A stretch of 64,000 nucleotides of DNA from Octopus vulgaris. Its lineage: Eukaryota. The notes under the pieces are model-generated. The model made no database searches. It was not told the origin of the DNA and saw nothing but the letters and a program-made list of their open reading frames with translations. The stretch is from positions 25,172,001-25,236,000 of the forward strand of contig OX597819.1 in assembly GCA_951406725.2 (NCBI GenBank), in the 5' to 3' direction. The translations under genes were made by a program, and so were the position numbers. Below are positions 1-15,680 of the stretch, in pieces; the first letter of the stretch is position 1; the number at the start of each line of letters is the position of its first letter.

Positions 1-76
1 TAACATTATTATTGCATGTAAATAATTAGAGAATCTGGAAGTTGTTGCTAGATTTGAATAACTTATATATTATGTG

Positions 77-307
77 GGTGTCGAGCTGGCAGAAACGGTA
101 GCACGCCGGGCAAAATGCGAAGCCGTATTTCATCTGCCGTTACGTTCTGAGTTCAAATTCCGCCGAGGTTGACTTTGCCTTTCATCCTTTCAGGGTCGAT
201 AAATTAAGTACCAGTTATGCACTGGGGGCGATGGAATCAACTTAATCGCTTTGTCTCTCCTTGTTTGTCCCCTCTATGTTTGGCCCCTTGTGGGTAGTAA
301 AGAAATA
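77..307 (+). mobile_element. tRNA-derived SINE, family A (gagctggcagaaacgttagc...ttctgagttcaaattccgccgaggtcgactttgcctttcatcc...gtaaagaaata)
   Basis: B-box-like gagttcaaattcc; near-identical copies at 1764, 3145, 6881 and 38571. Confidence 0.85.
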
Positions 308-872
308 TATATATTATGTGGGTGTAGGCATGGCTGTGTGATTAAGAAATTTCCTTCACAATATGGTTTCCGGTTCTGTACTTACATGTGATATCTTGGT
401 CAAGTCCCTTCTCCTATTGCTGTGACTCTCCCAGTATCTTGTGATGAATTTACTTGACAGAAACTATATTAAGATCATTGTGTGAGTGCACACGTTTGTG
501 TGTGTGCATACACACGTGTGTATGACAGCACTTATATATTGACATCTAACTTGTCACTATGTGAAATGAAGTGGTGCTGATGTTGATATTCCTAGTTTGT
601 GTTATGGCTGGTTGTTCTGTGCTTTTGAAGACCTGTGGATTATAAGAATGCCTTACCTCAAAAACAGGTGAAGGTTGGTGATAGGAAGAACTTCCAATTG
701 TAAAAATCCGACCTAAAATAACTTCATATAACTTAAGAAAGTATGGTAAAGAAGATGTTGAGAAAAAAAATGTAGTTTTTGTATTTAGTTTGCTAGATTT
801 TTGATGTAGGAAAATCTGATATTATTTTTGCACCAAACATACACTTGATAACACAGCCATGCCTGCACCTCT

Positions 873-1335
873 CATCATCTAACGTCCGCTTTCCATGCTA
901 GCATGGGTTGGACGATTTGACTGAGTACTGGCGAACCAGATGGCTGCACCAGGCTCCAGTCTGATCTGGCAGTGTTTCTACAACTTCCTAACGCTAACCA
1001 CTCTGAGAGTGTAGTGGGTGCTTTTATATGTCACTGGCACGAGGGCCAGTCAGGTGGTACTGGCAATGGTCATGCTCAAATGGTGTTTTTTACATACCAC
1101 CTGCACAGGAGCCAGTCCAGGGGCACTGGCAACAACCTCGCTCGAATGTTTTTTCATGTGCCACTGGCACAAGTGCCAGTAAGGCGACGCTGGTAATGAT
1201 CACGCTGAAATGATACTTTTTATGTGTCACTGGAATGGAAGCCAGTTGGCTGCTCTGGCAATGATCCTGCTTGGATGGTGCTCTTAACGCTCCACTAGCA
1301 TGGATGCCAGTCATCGAATTTGATTTCAATTTACC
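873..1335 (-). mobile_element. Repeat family D (LINE-tail-like SINE ending in (GAT)n on the - strand), with internal diverged tandem units
   Basis: catcat...cgtccgctttccatgctagcatgggttggacg...ctgatctggc motif shared with copies at 2022, 40905, 44500, 53000 and 61500. Confidence 0.7.
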
Positions 1336-1352
1336 TCTGTGTGTGTGTGTGT

Positions 1353-1672
1353 GTGTATAAATCAAAGTATACAGTATTATGGATCAATTACAGCTGGTCT
1401 TACCAACCAGTTTCATGCTGGATATTAGGTAAATGGATGATTACCTAATAAAATACACTCATCATAGATGGCAGGTCTGGAATAAAAAGTGATGGCTGTT
1501 CTCTATTACTACAGTTGAGGAAGTGTTACATCCAGTTTACAGAGAGCAGTCACCATTCTTTTCACTTCTGTCATCTTTGATGATAGTACTATATTATATA
1601 ATCATCCAAATAACTAATATCCAGTATGAAACTCAACTGTGATTGAGATACTGTGAACTTTGATTTGTATAC
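1353..1672. repeat. Imperfect inverted repeat whose arms each carry a degenerate hammerhead-like motif
   Basis: gtttcatgctggatattag...ggatgatta...tcatcatagatggcag (1410-1474) is the reverse complement of ctgtcatctttgatga...taatcatcc...ctaatatccagtatgaaac (1568-1632); outer arms also match. Confidence 0.75.
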
Positions 1673-1763
1673 TCACCCTCTACTGACTAATATATGAATT
1701 CCTATTTTCTTTGATTTATGGATTCTTAGTCAGCTCACACACACATATATATATATATATCTG

Positions 1764-1992
1764 TTTCTTTATTACCCGCAAGGGGCTAAACATAGAGGGG
1801 ACAAGCAAGGACAGACAAACGGATTAAGTCGATTACATCGACCCCAGTGCGTAGCTGGTACTTAATTTATCGACCCCGAAAGGATGAAAGGCAAAGTCGA
1901 CCTCGGCGGAATTTGAACTCAGAACATAACGGCAGCTGAAATACGGCTACACATTTCGCCCGGCATGCTAACGGTTCAGCCAGCTTGCCACC
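1764..1992 (-). mobile_element. SINE family A, full length
   Basis: Reverse complement of the 77-307 element. Confidence 0.85.
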
Positions 1993-2021
1993 TTTATATA
2001 TATATATATATATATATATAT

Positions 2022-2290
2022 CATCATCATCATCATCGTTTAGCATCCGCTTTCCATGCTGGCATGGGTTGGACGGTTCAACTGGGGTCTGGGAAGCCAG
2101 AAGGCTGCACCAGGCCCAGTCTGATCTGGCAATGTTTCTATGGCTGGATGCCCTTCCTAACGCCAACCACTCCATGAGTGTAGTGGGTGCTTTTTACGTA
2201 CCAGACGAGGCTGGCAAACGGCCAGGATAGGATGGTGCTTTTTATGTGCCACCAGCACGGAGGCCAGGCGAGGCTGGCAATGGCACCTCA
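2022..2290 (-). mobile_element. Repeat family D copy
   Basis: Same sequence as 61500-61775 and 40905-41095. Confidence 0.75.
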
Positions 2291-2474
2291 AGCTGAATCT
2301 TATTATTCTGAGTTGCACAATTAGCATTCTGTTGCCAAGCATTAAACTTGAAAGTGGTTGCAGTAGTGTCTTGGCTTCCATTAAATATATAAATAAGCTG
2401 TACATCATGTATTTTGTACTTTTTATCATGCCTCTTTCTTTTAAACATATCTTCTTTCTTTTTCTCTTTTGCAG

Positions 2475-2642
2475 TTGATGGACAGTGGTCACCTTGGTCA
2501 CAGTGGTTGCAATGTCGAATTGTAGGACCTGATCGTCTCGGTGATGACTGCTGGTGTCGCACTCGTACTTGTGACAACCCAGCTCCTCGACTGGGTGGCA
2601 GAGATTGTGTTGGTGACACAGTTGAAGTGTCCAACTGTACCA
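2475..2642 (+). CDS. SEMA5: Semaphorin-5-like gene, internal exon encoding TSP1 repeat 1 (xDGQWSPWSQWLQCRIVGPDRLGDDCWCRTRTCDNPAPRLGGRDCVGDTVEVSNCT)
   Basis: Polypyrimidine tract and cag acceptor ending 2474, gtaagt donor at 2643, 168 nt, phase 1-1. WxxWxxW and CxCRTRxCDxPAP..GG..C motif matches the first TSP1 repeat of semaphorin 5. Confidence 0.9.
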
Positions 2643-2878
2643 GTAAGTAAAAAAAAAAACCCAAAAAAAATCCTCACCTGTTCATGAGTAAATGCACACT
2701 GACACACGCATACAGACATCCAAATATATATATTCATACATTTTGCACACACACACACGTGTGTGTGTATGTGTGTGGTAAGTGGAGACATATGAACCTC
2801 ACAAGAAACATTTTAATTCATCTAATTAACCCATTTATTCGTCGAAAGTGATCTACAACTAATTATAAATTAATTGAA

Positions 2879-2909
<31 letters not shown>

Positions 2910-3110
2910 ACGCGCGTGTGTGTGTATTTGTGAAATGATAAAACCAAATACTATTATTTCCTCTGCTTACTTTCACACTTTGGTAAAGGCATTTTCATGC
3001 TGAAATATCAGAATGTTTTTTTTTTGTTTTTGAAGTGAAGGGTATGTATGCTCTTTGTCTTTATTATTTTTCATTTAACATTTCTACAAATTTTTTTTAC
3101 AATGTCTCTG

Positions 3111-3144
<34 letters not shown>

Positions 3145-3149
<5 letters not shown>

Positions 3150-3378
3150 CTTTATTGCACATAAAGGGGCTAAACATAGAGGGGGGGACAAACAAGGACA
3201 GACAAAGGGATTAAGTCGATTACATCAAACTCAGTGCGAAACTGGTACTTTATTTATCGACCCCGAAAGGATGAAAAGTAAAGTCGACCTTGGCGGAATT
3301 TGAACTCAGAACGTAATGACAGACGAAATACCGCTAAGCATTTCACCCGACGCACTAACGTGTCTGCCAGCTCGCCGC
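3145..3378 (-). mobile_element. SINE family A, full length
   Basis: Reverse complement of the 77-307 element, embedded in (AT)n. Confidence 0.85.
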
Positions 3379-3382
3379 ATTC

Positions 3383-3428
<46 letters not shown>

Positions 3429-3879
3429 CTATGTATGTATGCATGTAGGTATGTATGTAGGTATGTATGTATTTGTGTATGTATATATGTCTATATATAT
3501 ATACATGCATATATGTATATGTATGTATATACATATATATACACACACACTCATCCCCCCCCCACACACACATATATATATGTTGTATATGATGATTTAT
3601 GTGTGTATCAAATTGGCAGAGTCATTAGCACATATGACAGAGTGCCTTTCTGTATTTCTGCTTGTTTGTTGTACTCTAAGGCAACTCTGCTTTTCATCCT
3701 TTTGAGTGTGGGCTCAAGGGGTCAATTCATCTTCTCTTCCTCTGTCTTCCTCTTTGGAAGATCTCTGTTATAGTCAGACAGAGAGAAGGATTGTCTCATC
3801 CAGGTTTTAAAAGTGCTCAAGACATATGTCTCAACACAGCCCCTCCAACTCATTCTGGAGTTATGAGCTCGAAAGAAAG

Positions 3880-3969
<90 letters not shown>

Positions 3970-3986
3970 CATATATGCATACAAGC

Positions 3987-4019
<33 letters not shown>

Positions 4020-4589
4020 TGCATACAAGCATACATATTTATATATATATATATATCATACATACATACATCAGTACTAAAGAGAAAAAGTTTGTGTGTG
4101 TGTTTGTATATGCAGACACACAGAAGCATGTACACACTGTGTGGGTGTGTAAATATATATATATATATGCAATTATATATGTATATACCAACAAACACAC
4201 ACATATATTCATGCATTTGCAGTGTCACGTGTGCACTTACATGTATGGATAAATACATACCACATAACCATATGCATAACTACGCTTAGTTATACATTCA
4301 CAAATACACACGGTCCACCATACATACACCCATAGACACATGTGGGTGTGTAAACACACTCTTACAATGAGATATGGCTTTCTATACACAAAGAGATATT
4401 TTACAATCATGAATGGTTTTACATTTGAAATTCCAGCCGTCTGCAGACAGCTGGAGGAATGTTTGACAAATTTGAAACAATAAACAGTTCCCATATACAG
4501 AGTGACTCTTGCTCAAACATGGATACTACAATTACCCATTCACTTACTGTCACATTTATGTATGCATATTTGTAAGTCTAAGGCACATA

Positions 4590-6316
<1,727 letters not shown>

Positions 6317-6880
6317 GAGTCAAGTAAAGTTCAACAATCAAATGTAAATTGTAGGTGTGGCTGATTCCAGTGCCGCATGACTGGCTCTCATACTCATGGC
6401 ATGCAATAAGAACCATTCATGCTTGGGTCATTGCCAGTTCCACCTGAGTAGCTCCCCGTGCTGGGCATCCAGCTATAGAAACATTGCCAAAGATGATGTA
6501 CACTCATAAACACCCACTCATACATGACAATACATAGATATTCACAAGGGCACATACACACACACACACTCACTCGTGTTAAAACATACATTCACATGCA
6601 CAATGATACACACTGCTACACGTTTGCATACACTTGCAGAGGCAGAGGGACATGTATTCATAAGCACACATAGTATACAGACATACAAACATAAACACAG
6701 AAATAGACTCACACATACATAAGAAGACATACATAACACACATAATGTAAGGAATACCACAATCAGTGCTGGAGAAACTTCTACATATGTATATATACAT
6801 ACACTTACAACCCCATTCATACTCTTATATACCCAAACACACACACACACACACACATAACACACATGCATACATATACC

Positions 6881-7112
6881 TATTTCTTTACTACCCACAA
6901 GGGGCTAAACACAGAGAGGACAAACAAGGACAGACAAACGGATTAAGTCGATTACATCGACCCCAGTTCGTAACTGGTACTTAATTTATCGACCCCGAAA
7001 GGATGAAAGGCAAAGTCGACCTCGGCAGAATTTGAACTCAGAACGTAATGGCAGACAAAATACGGCTACGCATTTCGCCCGGTGTGCTAACGTTTCTGCC
7101 AGCTCACTGCCT
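6881..7112 (-). mobile_element. SINE family A, full length
   Basis: Reverse complement of the 77-307 element. Confidence 0.85.
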
Positions 7113-9309
7113 TGTATGCATACGTATACCACTTGCACATTCATACTTGCACATTGCATCTCACAAATTCACACATCATCAATAACATTGTTATTACCAT
7201 TACCAGCAGTACACGAACAATAATAACATTGCTAATTTCATTTACCTTATTATTCTCATTTGTGAACACATACAACTGCAGGTGTCCCAGCCACCTCCTC
7301 ATTCCCCCGTTGCCTGTCCTGGTGGTGCTGCAAACATGTATGACTGTGTGACGAAGTCAACAGGGCCTCAGATTATAGAAACACAGCAACGTATGTTTAG
7401 TCTGAAAGATTTACTTGTGATTTGTTGACGCCAGCATTTCAAGCATCACATAACTACGCGGTCTGTCTAAGGTACCTTTTTGACAAATCTTGCCTCTAGC
7501 AACCACATCTCATCCATTGTCAAGCATAGTTTGCAAAGAATTAGCTGATAAATTTCTTTGAATGTTTGGGAAATTTGAAATTTAGATTTTAAATGATTGC
7601 TAGGCTGACTGTAGAAAGGCAGTAGTATTGTTTCCTTACTTTGATGGTGCCTTGTGATAAATTATCATCATTATCATCATCATCATCATCATCATCATGG
7701 TTTTGTGCTTGTGCTGTGGTGCACCTACACACTCAGCTCTGTTTTTTAAAATCCTTTATTTAAGTGGAAAAGTAGTGTAGCTTATCTCAAAAGCCTTGTT
7801 TACAGAGCATTTGAGACTAGTGGGAATGAAGACAGGAAGAGTTTTTCCTCAAACTGAAGACCTGGCCCAAATGCTTCCAGCAGAGTGAACTTTGTTAAAA
7901 AGTACCCAAAATACCAGGTGGTGTGGATGGTGGATTAACCCTAATATCCAAATAGTCCATTGAAGAATTTGAACTCGGTACACAGAGTTAAAACAAATAC
8001 TAATAGAGCATCAGGCCAAATCACTATAAGTTCTGTGCGCAAATCTCACCAGAGTCAACTCTCCCTTTCATCCTTTTGAGATCAATAAAACAAAACAAAC
8101 ACCAGTCATGTGCTGGGGTTGATTTAATCAACAGATGCTGGTGCCTCCCTAAGTTTGCCAAGAAGAGACCAATCCGAAATGCATCTTCTTTATGAATCTT
8201 AAATGAATTTCTCAACATTTCAAAAACAGATGAGGTTATAAATCCAAATGATTACAATATTCCTATGAGGAGCAGTGACGGAACTAAGTTTTGAGAAGCT
8301 TTTTATCTATTTCCAAGTCAACAGAAAAGAAAGAACCTTTCATGTTCTGAGTTCAAATATTGCTAAGGTTACCTTTGTCTTTCATCCTTTTAGGAGTGAT
8401 AAACTAAAGTACTAGTCAAGTACTGGGGCTGATTTGATATTCCTATACGGTATCGCAGATGTGAATGGAATTATAATAGAAGACTAAAACTTGTATCCTT
8501 ATTTATGAGTGAGATAATAATATTTGTTATAAATATGCTTTACTGAGATACAGCTGGAAAAATTAGATTAAAACAAAGAATTGGTCATTTATGAAGAATA
8601 AGCCACGTTCGTGACACTTTTATGTTTTCTAAGATTGAAAGATAAGTATGATTGGGTAAGATGTGTGAAGCTGATATTTCATGTTGAAATGTTCCAGATT
8701 AGTAGTGAAAGTCATAAGATGAACAGAATGGGAGTCATACGAGTATAGAATTATTGGGTGAACTGCAAGAGAAAAGTTAATCAAAGATGGGAGCTAAAAG
8801 ATGAGATAAAAAGAAAAGTAATACTTTGAGAAGAGGTAAAAATATTCCCCCGTGTTGCTACCTACCCACGTTTTCTCTATTTACCAATGAACCAACCACT
8901 TTATTTATTTATTTAGCTACTTAACTAAATGAAAAAGAAAAATACTGACATCTGGAGAAAACTAGTGATGGTTTGTGTCAGAAAAATAAATGAAACAAAA
9001 TTAATGGAATTTGTAAAATAAAATATGTGTATGGTGCAGTGAGGTGAGTCTTGACATTTTGGGCAGAGAAGCAATGAAGAGCATCTTTCCTAGCTGTAAA
9101 TAAATTCATTTCACCTCTCAGCACATAATCTTTTATTTTCTTTCACTGAGTTTACTTAGCTAAATAGTTATGTATCTGTTTATCTGTGTATTGAAAAATC
9201 TACTTATCTGTCTGTTCTTCTATTGGTTTCAGTCATTGAGCTATGGCCATGCTGGGGCACTGCCTTCAAGTGTTTGTTAAAATTTATTCTGTTGTTGATG
9301 CCAGTGCTG

Positions 9310-9651
9310 TGTCTGTTATTGTTTCCAGTTGTGTTTGTTTGTCTGTGGACAAGATATCTCAAGAACCGCTTGATGGATTCAGATGAAACTTTCAGGGATG
9401 TTTGGCATCATGATTGGCATGAATTGATTAGATTTTGGGATCGATCTAGTATCAGACAAGTGTTCTGGATTATTTATCCTGTTATTTTACTTAATTTTTG
9501 AGAGCGGTCGGATTCGTTTTTAGTATTCTCGTTTGTGAGAGCAGCTGAGTTTATTTCAGGCATTCGCATTTTAAAAATCATCTCTGGCTAATCGTTGAGA
9601 GGACATTGGTGTTGTCTTGGCAGAGGTTTGCACTCTCCGAGTGCTCTTGTT
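9310..9651. mobile_element. Non-autonomous interspersed element (gtttgtttgtctgt...gatgaaactttcaggg...ggcagaggtttgcactctccgagtgctcttgtt), possibly Helitron/Helentron-type
   Basis: CTGT/TTGT microsatellite near one end and a GC-rich short hairpin terminus; single copy in the window, class inferred. Confidence 0.4.
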
Positions 9652-11609
9652 ATTTTGTCATTTGTTTTTCTTTAATCAGTGTCTGTCAATTGGCTGAGTT
9701 CACTTATTGAATTATGTCTCTTTAAGTAGTTTCCTTCTCTTCGGAAGTAAATATGCTAAACAATTTACACATATTCACAGCAATATACACAGATACAGTT
9801 TCTCTTCACCAAATTTTATTGACAGGGCATTGGTCACTCTCAGGCTACGGTAGAAGACACTGTCTTGTAGGATTGAACATGAGTCCAATGTGATTGCTTA
9901 AACATACAGGGATATCTACAACATCATCATTGTTGTTTTAACATCCACTTTTCCATTGAAATCAGACAGAATTTGCTAATGAGGTTTTCTGTTGCTTTCC
10001 TGTTGCCAAAAACTCATTTGTTTCCAAGTAAAGTAACACATTCCTGTACAAAGGATTCTGCTTTATGACAGTGATGCTTGTTTACAATTATTGCATGATG
10101 TCCATACAAGGAGATACACATACACAGATACACATTACACGTGTTTGTGTGTTTAAGCAGTGGTGTGGTTGAAAAGCATTTCCCCATACCATGTGCTTTT
10201 GGGTATAGTCCCAAAGTGCCGCACCTTAGGTGTCTTCTGCTGTAACCTTGGGCCAATCAAAGCCTTGTGAGTGGATTTGATAGATGTATGTCTGTATCTG
10301 TGTTTATGTATATCTTTGTATATACATCATGTAATGATTGTAAATGAGTGTCATCATAAAACAAGTGAGATTGTTTGTTTCCAGTCTTCTGTGAAAGCAT
10401 GTTTAACTATAAGAAAGTATTATATTACTTGGAGATAGGTGGGTGTTGGTAACATGAAGGACATCTGACTATAAAATATCTGTCTCAAAGAAATGATATC
10501 TGATCCATGCTTGTGTGGCAAAGTGGATATTAGATGATGACAATAATTATGTGCATATATATGACTGGCTTCTTTCAGTTTCCATCTACCATATCTACTT
10601 ATGAGGCCATAGCAGAGGACACTTTTCCAAGTGGAGCAGAACACAAAACCATGTTATTCCATAGTAAACTCTATCTAGAAATCTAAGCCTGTATTAATAT
10701 CATTACAAATTAGTATTATTTTTTTTTTGTCTTCATATCAAAAGCTGAAGAGATAAGTTTCTGACTATTTATCTGTCTGTACATACATATTCATCTTATA
10801 TTGATATTGTGAGCTTCTGGTCATCTTGATTGAGCAGATCTATAGATATTTGAGCCATGACCACCCCATACATCTGTTTATCAAGAACTATGTTCTCTAA
10901 TGTGTTCTTCCATTTTTAAGATGACTGGTTGACTTGCATTCATTTTATGTTTATTTTACACTGCTTCAGACCCTTATAGGGATCTCCATTCCAAAAGGCA
11001 CACACATACACTCAAGCACATTAGAAAACTTTCAGTTTTGTAACTTGCACTCTCTCTCTCTTACACACACACACAGACATACACATATATGCATTTAGAT
11101 ACATACACATCAAAACACACAAAGAGATAAACACACAAACACACTCATTTATATGTATATGCACACATGCATATACATACATTTGCACTCATTCACACAC
11201 AAATATACATGCGTTCTTCATTTAAGATCCCTGTCTAGCTAGTCCTTGAGAAATATGTACAAAGAATGACTGCTAGAATTACAGTTAGCCAATACTCTAG
11301 TTAAGACTCTGATTTAGGTCTAGAATTTTAGCTTGATATGCAAGGTTTTAATTACACACTCATCATGTCTAGCACACATCCAAACACATATGCATTTCTA
11401 CATGCTCTCTTTCTTCCTTTCTCTCTCTCTCTCTCTCACACATGCATACATACACAGGCACAAACACAAATGTCCTCATACAAAATTCACATCTTCCACA
11501 TATCTGTTTAGAAATTCATATAGAATATGTGTGTGTGTATGTGCATACATATGAATTTAAACATATACATGTGTGTATATGTATGCATAGCTCTCATATA
11601 CTCTCTTCT

Positions 11610-11643
<34 letters not shown>

Positions 11644-11787
11644 TGCACGCTCACACACACGCAGAAACATAGATATGAGGTCTATTATCTTATATAATAA
11701 AACAGACTCCAATCTGATCTGGCAGTGTTTCTACAGCTGGATGCCCTTCCTAATGCCAACCACTCTGTGAGTGTATTGGGTGCTTTT

Positions 11788-11960
11788 ATTTGACTGCGGC
11801 CATGCTGGAGCACCGCCTTTAGTTGAGCAAATCGACCCCGGGACTTATTCTTTGTAAGCCCAGTACTTATTCTATCGGTCTCTTTTGCCGAACCGCTGAG
11901 TGACGGGGACGTAAACACACCAGCATTGGTTGTCAAGCAATGCTAGGGGGACAAACACTA

Positions 11961-11991
<31 letters not shown>

Positions 11992-12171
11992 CATATATAC
12001 ACATATACGACAGGCTTCTTTCAGTTTCCATCTACCAAATCCACTCACAAGGCATTGGTCGGCCCGGAGCTATAGCAGAAGACACTTGCCCAAGATGCCA
12101 CGCAGTGGGACTGAACCCAGAACCATGTGGTTGGTTAGCAAGCTACTTACCACACAGCCACTCCTGCACCT
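11788..12171 (-). mobile_element. tRNA-derived SINE, family B (aggagtggctgtgtggtaag...gggttcagtccc...ccttgggcaagtg...tgactgaaacaagtaaaagag)
   Basis: A-box and B-box-like head, CORE-like ccttgggcaagt segment, internal (AT)/(GT) microsatellite; more than 10 copies in the window. Confidence 0.85.
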
Positions 12172-12662
12172 ATATATATATACATATATTCACATAAACA
12201 TCTACATGATCAAATGTATGTACAGCCTATGTGTACACACATCTAATAATGATGATGGTAGTTTCTCATAGTCTGAGAAAGACAGCTCTGCAGTTTATTG
12301 CTGGGCAACCTGCACAGATGATTTGTCTATAGTGATGAAATGCATATGCTGTAGATTAGCTCACTCCTTCCATCAAATTGACATTTTTTGAACAGGTGCA
12401 CAGTGTACAATGCATCAGGTGTTGAAGTGATTGCAGGGAAACACGAAATGAAGTGTTTTACTCAAAATCACAATGCTCCACCCAGTCAGGAATTGAAACT
12501 ATGATCTTGTGATCATGATTGCAACACTCTCCAACCACTAGCTCATACACCCTTAACAACCATAACTAAAATATACTTATTACTCACCACCATCACACAT
12601 ATACAACTGTTATATCTTACGTATACATAATTCATCCCACACATTTACATAGACACATATAT

Positions 12663-13039
12663 AGGTGTAAGAGTGGCTGTGTGGTAAGTAGCTTGCTTAT
12701 GACCCACATGGTTCCAGGTTCAGTCCTACTGTGTGGCACCTTGGGCAAGTATCTTCTACTATAACCTCGGGCTGACCAAAGCCTTGTGAGTGGATTTGGT
12801 AGACGGAGACTGAAAGAAGCCCGTCGTATATATGTATATATATATGTGTGTGCGTGTGTATGTTTGTGTGTCTATGTTTGTCCCCTCGCCATCGCTTCAC
12901 AACCGATGCTGGTGTGTTTACATCCCCGTAACTTAGCAGTTCAGCAAAAGAGACTGATAGAAGTACTAGGCTTACAAAGAATAAGTCCTGGGGTCGATTT
13001 GCTGGCCGCAGTCAAATGAATGAAACAAGTAAAAGAGTA
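12663..13039 (+). mobile_element. SINE family B
   Basis: Matches the other family B copies. Confidence 0.85.
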
Positions 13040-13088
13040 TAGTCTTATAGATATAGGATAAGTTCAGCTATTTGCACAATATACAAAT

Positions 13089-13503
13089 AGGCGCAGGAGT
13101 GGCTGTGTGGTAAGTAGCTTGTTTACCAACCACATGGTTCCGGGTTCAGTCCCACTGCATGGCACCTTGGGTAAGTGTCTTCTACTATAGCCTCGGGCCG
13201 ACCAAAGCCTTGTGAGTGGATTTGGTAGACGGAAACTGAAAGAAGCCCGTCGTATATATGTATGTATATGTATGTGCGTGTATGTTTGTGTGTCTGTGTT
13301 TGTCCCCCTAGCATTGCTTGACAACCGATGGTGGTGTGTTTATGTCACCATCACTTAGCAGTTCGGCAAAAGAGACCGATAGAATAAGTACTGGGCTTAC
13401 AAAAGAATAAGTCCTGGGGTCGAGTTGCTCGACTAAAGGCGGTGCCCCAGCATGGCTGCAGTCAAATGACTGAAACAAGTAAAAGAGTAAAGAGTAAAAG
13501 AGT
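13089..13503 (+). mobile_element. SINE family B, full length
   Basis: Matches the other family B copies; (gtaaaaga)n tail. Confidence 0.9.
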
Positions 13504-14096
13504 TTTTACACACAAGAAACAGTCACAAGTACATTCACATATAATTACACAAGTACACAATCTGTAATACTCACAGTACAGAAAAATCTCTTCTAAATTC
13601 TCTGCTCTCCCTTTCTCTACTTGATTCTTTTTACAATCACTGTCCTTTTTTTTGTTAATATTCCTCTCTTTTTCTTTTTTTCTGTTTTCTTCTACTTTTC
13701 CCCCCCCTCTCTCATCCCCTTTTTTCTGTTTCTGTTTCTCAATCCAGTACCTACATCTCTTTAATCACTCTTTATTTCAACCTGCTTTCCCTGCAGGCTG
13801 CTCAATAACATCACCAACTAATCATTGAGCTGCTGTCCCAGATAAAATAGTTGGTTTAGTATCATTTCCAAGATAAAGGTTAACAGAGAAATAGAGAACC
13901 ACACAAACACACTCACACACACACTACACTGTACCACACTATACACACACACTCATATGGAGTAAGGCTTAGGAGCAGGTTCTATCATTCCAAAATGAAA
14001 TTGGTAGATTGATACCCAGGCTATTACAAGAACTGGCTGTGAATTTATAATTGCTTAGCTTATTATCTATCAGTATACAATTTCTATTTCGAATAT

Positions 14097-14264
14097 CAGG
14101 AGTGGCTGTGTGGTAAGTAGCTTGCTTACCAACCACATGGTTCCGGGTTCAGTTCCACTGCGTGGCACCTTGGGCAAGTGTCTTCTACTATAGCCTTGGG
14201 CCGACCAAAGCCTTGTGAATGGATTTGGTAGACGGAAACTGAAAGAAGCCCGTCGTATATATGC

Positions 14265-14300
<36 letters not shown>

Positions 14301-14520
14301 ATATGTTTGTGCGTCTGTGTTGTCCCCCCAACATCGCTTGACAACCGATGCTTGTGTGTTTACGTCCCCGTAACTTAGCAGTTCGGCAAAAGAGAAGACC
14401 GATAAAATAAGTAGTAGGCTTACAAAGAATAAGTCATGGGGTCGATTTGGTCGACTGAAGGTGGTACTCCAGCATGGCCGCAGTCATATGACTGAAACAA
14501 GTAAAAGAGAGTAAAGAGTA
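14097..14520 (+). mobile_element. SINE family B, full length
   Basis: Matches the other family B copies. Confidence 0.9.
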
Positions 14521-14639
14521 TACATCTATAATTTTATAGTTAACTTAAACTTAGATAAACTTGGTTAAATATTTCTACCAGGTTGAGCTAACATGCAGAA
14601 GCTCTCTTATTGGTTCACACAAACTCTACTCTATCTATC

Positions 14640-14687
<48 letters not shown>

Positions 14688-14855
14688 CATGAACAAGCAA
14701 ATGAAGAAAGAAAACACTGCATTTGAAGATGAGTTGGGTGTGTACTAATAAAAATATAAATATTTAAATACTAAAGCTTTTGATGCATTAAGCTTACTGT
14801 TACCACTATCCTATTTATGATGTTTAGTTAATTATATATATATATATACACACAC

Positions 14856-14890
<35 letters not shown>

Positions 14891-15291
14891 ACTTACAAAC
14901 ACTATATTTTGATTAATCATTCTCATTATGAGATTTAGTTAATTATGCATAAATGTTTTGATTAACCATTCTCATTATGAGGTTTTAGTTAATTAAACAT
15001 ATTTGCATTAAGTATCTTCATTTATTATACATGCATGACACTTTGATTAAATGTTGCTATTATGATTAGTTAATTATGCATATATTAATGGAGCTGTGTC
15101 ATCAAAAGTAATAACAGCTTTATTGTTACTCTAATCATTTTTTTACTCCAACTCCAATTTTGATTTGCCCACTCATTTTCCCCTCTAAGTGTGATAACTC
15201 AACCTTTTACTAACATTAATTTTACTTCTCTTACTGCCACTCCCTCACATGCTCTTTTTTTGTCATTTGATAATATCCTACTTCAACACAG

Positions 15292-15680
15292 TAGAGGCGC
15301 AATGGCTCAGTGGTTAGGGCAGCAGACTCGCGGTCATAGGATCGCGGTTTCGATTCCCAGACCGGGCATTGTGAGTGTTTATTGAGCGAAAACACCTAAA
15401 AAGCTCCACGAGGCTCCGGCAGGGGATGGTGGTGATTCCTGCTGTACTCTTTCACCACAACTTTCTCTCACTCTTACTTCCTGTTTCTGTTGTACCTGTA
15501 TTTCAAAGGGCCGGCCTTGTCACTCTCTGTGTCACGCTGAATATCCCCGAGAACTACGTTAAGGGTACACGTCTCTGTGGAGTGCTCAGCCACTTAGACG
15601 TTAATTTCACGAGCAGGCTGTTCCGCTGATTCGGATCAACCGGAACCCTCATCGTCGTAACTGACGGAGTGCTTCCATCC
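15292..15680 (+). mobile_element. tRNA-derived SINE, family C (ggaggcgcaatggcccagtggttagggcagcggactcgcgg...ggtttcgattccc), tail type i
   Basis: A-box tggctcagtgg and B-box ggtttcgattcc; direct repeat acttcaacaca at 15280-15290 and 15681-15691. Confidence 0.9.

Noticed and set aside
15292-15370. tRNA-like sequences with A and B boxes (also 24875, 36716, 47252, 58142)
   Set aside because: They are SINE heads continuing into SINE bodies with TSDs; no complete cloverleaf or Pol III terminator.
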